From NCBI RefSeq assembly GCF_009914755.1, contig NC_060926.1: a stretch of 64,000 bases of DNA, one strand, 5' to 3'. This DNA comes from the human T2T-CHM13v2.0 reference genome, Homo sapiens. Each line of letters starts with the position of its first letter. Position 1 is the stretch's first letter. The translations under genes and the position numbers were made by a program. Below the pieces are notes generated by a model that was not told the origin of the DNA, searched no databases, and was given only the letters and a program-made list of their open reading frames with translations. Below are positions 55,974 through 64,000 of this stretch, one piece after another.

Positions 55974-56287
55974 TTGTTTAGAATATGTTTCTTCAGGTGT
56001 TAAGGGCTTGAGAAAACAACCCAGGTCCAGACCCTTTCTTCTTCCATGCCTCGCAATTCACAGCATGACGTGGATCTAGCTTCGTCCTTACCCACCTCCC
56101 AAGACAGGAGTCTCCCTCTGTTATCAGGAACATTAGGTCGGCATCCTGGTGGGATGGGTTTGAAGAGGTGAGGGCTAGTTTTACTTTTTCCATTCCTCCA
56201 TCTAGCCACACACAACCACACAAAATTCATTTACACAGTGGTATGAGTTAAGCACTGTGTTGTGTTGTAGGAAAATGGACACATCCA

Positions 56288-56912
56288 TGTATTAGTTATC
56301 CATTGCAGTGTAACAAATTACCCCAATCTAGCGACTTCAAAACAACTCACACTTCTACTATCTGACAGTTACTGTGTGTTAGGAGTTCCAGCACGGTTTA
56401 CCTGGATCCTCTGCTCAGGCTCCAACCAGGCTGCAAACAAGGTGTTGGACAGGCTGCTTTCTCACCTGAAGACTGGACTAGGGAAGAATCCACTTCCAAG
56501 CTCATTCAAGTTGTTGGTCGAATTCATGTCCTCGAGTCTGCATGAGTGAGGTCCCAGCTCTTACTGACTTTAATCCTCAGGTCCTAGAGGTGGCTCCCAC
56601 TTTCCTGCCACTTGGCACTATCCACAGGGGCTTAACCAGGTGGCTGTTTGCTTCTTCAAGGCCATCAGGAGAATTTCTCTCCTGGTTTGCTAAGATAGAG
56701 CCTTATATAATAAAACATAATCACAAGAGTGACATTTCAGCACCTTTACATAACTACATAACTTTACATAACATAAACCAACCTAATCAAGGGAGTGTCC
56801 TTCCAACAACTTTGCCACACTGCGTTGGTTGCAAGTAAGTCACAAACCCACACTCAAGGGGATTACACAAGAGTGGATTATTGGGGTCTCCTTAAAGCAT
56901 GTCCTCCACTAT
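56288..56912 (-). mobile_element. MLT1E/D-like MaLR LTR
   Basis: 'tgtattagttatccattgcagtgtaacaaattacccc...ggaagaatccacttccaagctcattca'. Confidence 0.8.
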
Positions 56913-58178
56913 CTACTTTGAAACTTCTTTACAAAGCTTTCATTTTGATGATTTGTTTCAGATGACTGAAGCCCACTCTCATTAAAACTATTTGGAAACT
57001 GCTGTCTAGTGACATTATATTAAAGCCAATCTGTTTAAACAAGAAAGAGCAGTGCTCCCACTTGGTAGGAGATAAGACTCCTTACAGCCTCAGCTATCAA
57101 CAACATGGCTTATGCTATTTCTTTATGTACATATCTATATATGTCCAGTGCATGCCAAATAAGGTCTGTAAGCGTTGAAACATAATAATAAAATGAACTC
57201 AGGTACCCTCATTCCAATTTAAGAGCTAAACCATTATGAACTCCATTCTATCTACCTATGTATTTCTTCTTATGCCATTCCCCTACCTCCCAGAGGTAAC
57301 CAACCATTCAGTTGCTATAATTCATTTGCCTTTTTGATAATTTTGTGACACACATATTTAACAATAAAGGAGTGGTGTGCTATTGCTAACTTCTGAACTA
57401 TAATAATGGCATCACATACCGCAAAGTGTTCTGAGGTTAGCTTTTTCCACACAACGTTATGTTTTTGAGATTGAGCTCTGCTGCTTCTCCTAGCTGTAGA
57501 TCAATCATTTCCACTCGCACAATTCCACTGTGCAAAGATGACACAAATAAGTAGACGTTTTTATCAATGGGCATTTCAGTTCTTTTCATTTTTCACTGCC
57601 ATGAATACTGCTGCCGTGAACATTGTCATGCATCTCCTAGTACTCATATGCAAGTATTTTTTTTCTGGCGTATGCACCTAAAAGTAAAATCACTGAGTCT
57701 TAGGGTATGCAAATATTCAACTTTACAAGGAATGACAAATTGTTTTCCAAAGCAAACTCTTATCAGCAACTTATGAGTTCCTTTAACCTATTTTCTCCTC
57801 AACCAGACTTCTTCATATGGCCAATTTAGAAGCTATAAAAGGGTATTTTATTTTTATCTTACTTTGTATTTTTTGAATATTAGTAAGTCTAAACATTTTA
57901 TGTGCTTATTTTCCATTTGTATTTTCTCTTCTGTGAGATGCTGGTTTATTTCTCTGTTGTTTACATTTTCCTTCATATATTTGTAGAAGTTCTTCATATA
58001 TTCAATGGTTAAACTTTTGTTAATTCTCGTATCAATAAAATAGCTTCTTATAATACATGGCTGGCTTTTCACTTTCTTTATATCTTTTAATAAAGAGACA
58101 TTTTATTTTTATTATAGCGAAGTGTATCAATCATTTCTTTTCTGGTTAACCTTTCTGTGTCTTATTTAAGAAATTCTT

Positions 58179-58321
58179 ACTTTGGGAGACTGAGGCGGGA
58201 GGATTGTTTGAGCCCAGGAGTTAGAGGCTGCAATGAGCTATCATTGCACCACTGCACTTCAGTCTGGGTGACAGATTGAGATCCTGTCTCTTACCAAAAA
58301 AAAAAAAAAAAAAAAAAAAAA
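58179..58321 (+). mobile_element. Alu monomer (FRAM or AluJ right arm)
   Basis: 'ggaggattgtttgagcccaggagttagaggctgcaatgagctat' followed by poly(A). Confidence 0.88.
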
Positions 58322-58614
58322 CGAAAGAAAATGTTTCTTCCATATCTCAAGGATAGGAAAAATAAAGATATTTTATGTTTTCAATTTTTTTAACTGAAAA
58401 ACAATCTAAATGAATAAAGAACCTAAATATCACAAGGATGCAATTTTTCCTCAAAGAGATTTACACATTTAGTATAATTCTCATAGAAGAGTCCTAAATG
58501 ATTTTTTAAAAACTTATCATCAAGTTTATTCTAAAATTTGTTTGGAAGAACAAAATGCCAGGAATAGCCAAGACATTCCCCAAATAAAAGCATACAGTAA
58601 TTGAACTTGCCCTA

Positions 58615-58880
58615 CCATATATCCTTATGTATATTTATATATAATTAAAATTATACATAGCTATGTCCATATATAAGTATATAATGTATATTTGTATACA
58701 TATATGCGTGTATATATAATTTATACCTAACTCCATGTATTTATGTAAGTAAATATTATATACATAAATTATATACGCTTAAAATATACTTATAAAATTA
58801 TATAAGGATATTCTCATAACATGATTATATATATACATATGTGTATATATAGGATATGTACATGTATAATTATATTTAAA
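58615..58880. repeat. AT-rich (TA)n low-complexity tract
   Basis: Read directly. Confidence 0.85.
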
Positions 58881-60129
58881 CCCATGAAATATGTGTTAAT
58901 CTTATCAAATGCTTTTTGGCCTCTATTGAGATGGTTATATATAATTTTCTGATGTTCAGTTCATGTGATGAATTAGATTTCTAAATTTCTAGTGTGAAAC
59001 AACTACTTTTGTTTTCTGAAGTAAACTTAATTTTATTATACTATACCATAGTTTATATACCATTCACTTTATTTTGTTAATGTTTTGTGTAGACAATTTT
59101 ATATGAATGTTTGCATGATTGATCTGTAATTTTTTCTTTTTCTTCTGTCTGGTCTGATTTTGGAATCAAGATTATAGAGTGAATTAAGGAAAATTTTCTC
59201 TTTTATAATCCCTACAAGAGACCATTTTCTTGGAAGTTTTGAAATGCTGGAACTGATACTCAGTACACATAAGCCTACCTGTACCCACTGTTTAAAATTT
59301 ACATCTGTTCAGATTGGGTAGGGTGCACACTGTACTCATTGAGGATTATTTTAAATTATGCCTTGCAAAACTTGCTTAGAAAGTAACTTGGGCTTGTGTT
59401 TTCTTCCCAGAATTATTGTTAGCAATGGATTGCATTTTAAAAATTTTTATAGAAATGTTCAGGCTTTCTATTTCTTCTTGAGTCCATTGTAATAATTTTT
59501 TTTGAGGATTTTTTTCATTACATCTAAGTTTCCAAATGTTTTGCCACAAACTTTTTCATGTTCTTATCTATTTTTTATACCTCTGCTATGTCTATAGTTA
59601 TGTTCCTTTTTCATTTCTAATATTTTTATTTCTGCCATCTCTTTCATTCTCAATCTTGGCAGAAGTTGTTTCTCTGAAAACATTAATAGAAGAGAAGTTG
59701 TACTTTGTTGGTTTATTTATTTGTGTGATTAAATTTTGTTTCATAAAGTTTACTCTTATATTTATTATTTTCTTTCTTCTACTAGCGGAGATTTATTCTG
59801 TTTTATTTGATAATGACTTGTTTTGGATTCTTCTTTATATTTCAGTTACTTAAGTGGCTAAAACTTTATACCCTTTTTCCTAATATAACTTTCCTAAGGT
59901 AACTTTATACCTTTTTTCCTAATATAATTATATTAAGCTATAATTTTTCTTCTTAGCACTGTTTTCACTAGATGCTAAAAGTTGTATATGTAGTATTTTC
60001 ATTCTACATTGTCTCCATCTTCTCTTTTCAGAAATTCTATTGGATGTATTTTAGATATTGTCATTATGTCTTGATATTCCTTAACACACTTCCCTGCTTT
60101 CTTATGATTTAATTGTAAGAATTTTTTAA

Positions 60130-60523
<394 letters not shown>

Positions 60524-61092
60524 CCAATCATTTCTATCTTAATTGCACTTGGATCCGAGAAGATGAACTATAGATATCTACGTGTTAAACATTTGTTGAG
60601 ACTTCTTAATATGGCCTGCAATATGGTCCATTTTCATAAATTTTTCACATGTGCTTCAAATGAATGTTTATTATTACTTTTTAGATACAATTTTCTTTAA
60701 TGTCCATTAAATCAACCTTGTTTTAATATTCTATACTTCTTGTTATGATAACCATCATAAAAAATACAAAGACTTTCATTACTAGAGTTTCAAAAATGTA
60801 CAATAATACTATTTACAAGAAAAGAAACACATCAGAAACCTAAAGATATGAAATGTCTGAAAATAAAAGAAGGAAAAATGAAATAATGGAAAAAGACATG
60901 GCAGCAAAACTAATAACCAAAAGAAAACTCTGGTATACATTGAAAATACAAGTAATTATTTATTAATATTATTTTACTTCTTGACCAATTAATAATTTAG
61001 ATATATGAAGTATCTCATGATGACACATTTGTATCAATTTTATTTTAAGCATGGTTTATTAAATATAAGATCATAATTGTTAAATCTTCTTA

Positions 61093-61148
61093 TGGAATTA
61101 ATCCTTTTATTGTTATGTAGTGGAATTAATCCTTTTATTGTTATGTAG
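61093..61148 (+). repeat. Perfect 28-bp tandem duplication
   Basis: (tggaattaatccttttattgttatgtag)x2. Confidence 0.97.
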
Positions 61149-61331
61149 TAACTCTTTCTATTGCTGATAATTACTTTTATTTTGGATGTATACCAAAATT
61201 TTATTGTGGTTATTAGTTTTTCTGCTATGTCTTTCTCCATTACATCATTTTTCACTCTTTGATTTTCACACATTTCATGTCCTTATGTTTCTGATGAGTT
61301 TCTTGTAAAGAGTATCATTGTATATTTTTAA

Positions 61332-61670
<339 letters not shown>

Positions 61671-62139
61671 TAAATGATGGATTTAGTCCAGCCACATTGG
61701 CAAGATTGCTGACATACTATATTTGGAATTGTTTCTACCGTCTTCTTTTTACTTCTCATTTGTTTCCTTTTTTATACCTTTGTTTTTTTCCCCAGTCTTT
61801 TTTTTAGATTGAATATTAGTCTTAGCTATGTCGTCTGTTTTTCCAATTTTACCTTTATATTTATAACTTAATATTTTTAAAGCAGATACCTTTAACATGT
61901 ATCATGCCCGGTTAGCTTTAAAATGCTTATTTATACTTTAGATATCCTTGTGAACAAAGTAAGGGTCTTTGAATATTTTAACTTCCATAACCCCTTCCTG
62001 ACTTATATGCTTGATATTCACTATTTTGGATATGTCCTTTTAAAACCCCACACATCAGTAATTATTACCATTGTATATGTATTTATATGTTACATATATA
62101 CTATATATATAATTTAATTCAGACAAGATTTATTAATAT

Positions 62140-62279
62140 CAATGATTTTCATCCTAGATTGCGCTTACCTGGGAAGCTTTTAACAAATATTGATGTTTGA
62201 GATCCACCCAGGCTGTTTAAATCAGAATCATACTCAGGTGATTGTATCTAATAGGCAGGAATGGTTCGCAATCAACTGT
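62140..62279. mobile_element. MER5A-like MITE
   Basis: 'acctgggaagctttta...aaatcagaatc...caggtgatt'. Confidence 0.55.
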
Positions 62280-62739
62280 TTAAATACCTCTACATGTTTG
62301 CCAATTTCTTTGTTCACTATTTCTTTTTGCTTCTCAGATATTCCTTCTGAAAAATATTTTTCTGTTTCCTGCAATACCTCTTTCATAAGTTTTTAAATGA
62401 AGTTCTATTGTGGCAAATTCTGCTTCTGCTTGTATAAAATGCATTTATTGTGCCCTAATTTCTGAAAGACAGTATTGATGGGGACACTATTTTTGGTTGA
62501 CAATTTTTTTTTCTGTCTTAGCTCTTTGGAGATATTTTTGTGCTGAGTATTGTTTTCCATTGTTGCTGTGAGAAGTCTTCTGACGTCTAAATTTCCCACA
62601 TTTTTAGTTTAGTTTAGTGTCTTCTCTCTGGCTGATTTTATCTTGGAGTTCTAGATTTTCAATACAATGTATCTCATTTATGTATGCTTTAAATTTGTCT
62701 TTCTTGTGTTTCCTTTGTCTATCAATGTTGTTTGCTGAT

Positions 62740-63083
62740 TGTGTTAGTCAGGGTTCTCCAGAGGGACAGAACTAATAAGATATCAGATGGAGATAATTGA
62801 ATCATCATGGGAGCAGTTTCCCTAATCCTGTTCTCCTGACAGTGAGCTAGTTCTCATAAGAACTGATGGTTTTATAAGGGGTTTCCCCCTTCACTGGGCA
62901 CTCATTCTTCTCCTTTCTGCTGCCATGTGAAGAAGGACGTGTTTGCTTCGCCTTTCATCATGATTGTAAGTTTCCTGAGGCCTCCCCAGCCATGCTGATG
63001 CATGAGTCAATTAAGCCTCTTTCCTTTATAAATTATGCAGTCTTGCGTATGTCTTTATAGCAGCGTGAGAACAGACTAATACA
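62740..63083. mobile_element. Chimeric LTR: MLT2A 3' end (minus, 62740-62783) fused to a 5'-truncated THE1C/D LTR (plus, 62784-63083)
   Basis: 'tgtgttagtcagggttctccagagggacagaactaata' matches the MLT2A terminus; the remainder is THE1 ending 'gagaacagactaataca'. Confidence 0.85.
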
Positions 63084-63714
63084 CTAATCAGTCCTGGAAA
63101 ATTCTTAGTTATTATCTCTTCAAAGACTGAATCTCTTCCATTCTCTCCATCTTCTCCTTTCAGAAATTCTATTGAATGTATATTATATATTCTCATTATG
63201 TCTTCATATTCCTTAACACACTTGCCTGCTTTCCTTGTCTCTTTGTGTTGCATTGTGAGTAATTTATTCATACATATCTTTCAGATAAATAATAATCTCT
63301 TCATCTGTGTCTAAAATACACTGAGTGTTTAACTTTGACGATTGTAGTTTTTATTTTTATTTGGATGTTTTTCAAATCTGCCTGGCCATCATATAGTCTC
63401 TTTGTGTTTTTTTGTTTTGTTTTGTTTTTTGTTTGAGAGGTCCAAATGAAGTAAACTGGATTTTTGCATGAAATATGGAAGTGTAATTTGGCTCTGCATT
63501 GGAACCTGTTTCTAGAGTCTCCTTTTCTTTTAAGTACTTTAGATGTTTTCTGATTATTTTCACCACCCCACAGTTTTTACATATCTCAAACAAAAAGAAA
63601 GGCATGACAATCTGTGAATTATGATGAGCATTAACAATAATCCCTTGGCAAAAATAAAATTCCAGAGTTTATCCTATCCATCTTGTGCTTTGATACAGAG
63701 TAGGTGTTATTAGT

Positions 63715-63751
63715 CAAGTGTTACCAGACAAGTGTTACCAGACAAGTGTTA
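63715..63751 (+). repeat. 14-bp tandem repeat, 2.6 copies
   Basis: caagtgttaccaga x2 followed by caagtgtta. Confidence 0.95.
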
Positions 63752-64000
63752 TGTACTCCTGATGTCATTTATCTACAAAATTGTCCTTTAATTTGCCTAT
63801 AATTGCCCTTGGGCAAGCCTAAACCCCAGGACAGATTGAGTGCTCACAGCTTTTCACCCTGACCAATTAGGCACATTTACATGACTGCCCTACTCTGCAG
63901 CTCAGATCTTGTCCAGAAGCCCAAGAGAAACATTACTCAGTGTCAATCAGTAACCGGATCATGGTTCCAGAGGCTTAACTGACAAGTGATTTTTGCTGAT

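Noticed and set aside
59255-59340. Weak imperfect inverted repeat (cagtaca...tgtactc) interrupting the L1
   Set aside because: Too degenerate to call as a MITE or hairpin.
63715-63751. Short direct repeats as a CRISPR-like array
   Set aside because: Head-to-tail tandem copies with no spacers, in human DNA.

Overview
Human genomic DNA, shown by AluJ/S/Y elements and an L1 carrying the human-specific Ta diagnostics. The window is intergenic or deep-intronic: no CpG island, and no credible protein-coding gene, tRNA or rRNA. The supplied ORFs are short and mostly translate Alu, L1 or LTR sequence. Roughly half or more of the window is interspersed repeats: Alus, old L1M fragments, L2/MIR/L3, ERV1/ERVL/MaLR solo LTRs and hAT/Tc-mariner MITEs. 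Subfamily names come from recalled consensus sequences, not a database search. The most notable items are: (1) a 5'-truncated L1HS Ta-1 insertion with a perfect TSD, likely polymorphic; (2) a chimeric MLT2A/THE1 LTR with two 3' LTR ends and a shared 5-bp TSD; (3) four 95-200 bp short-range templated duplications, one inverted and older than an AluJ, plus several perfect snap-back micro-palindromes; (4) candidate enhancer motif clusters. I found no convincing new gene system.
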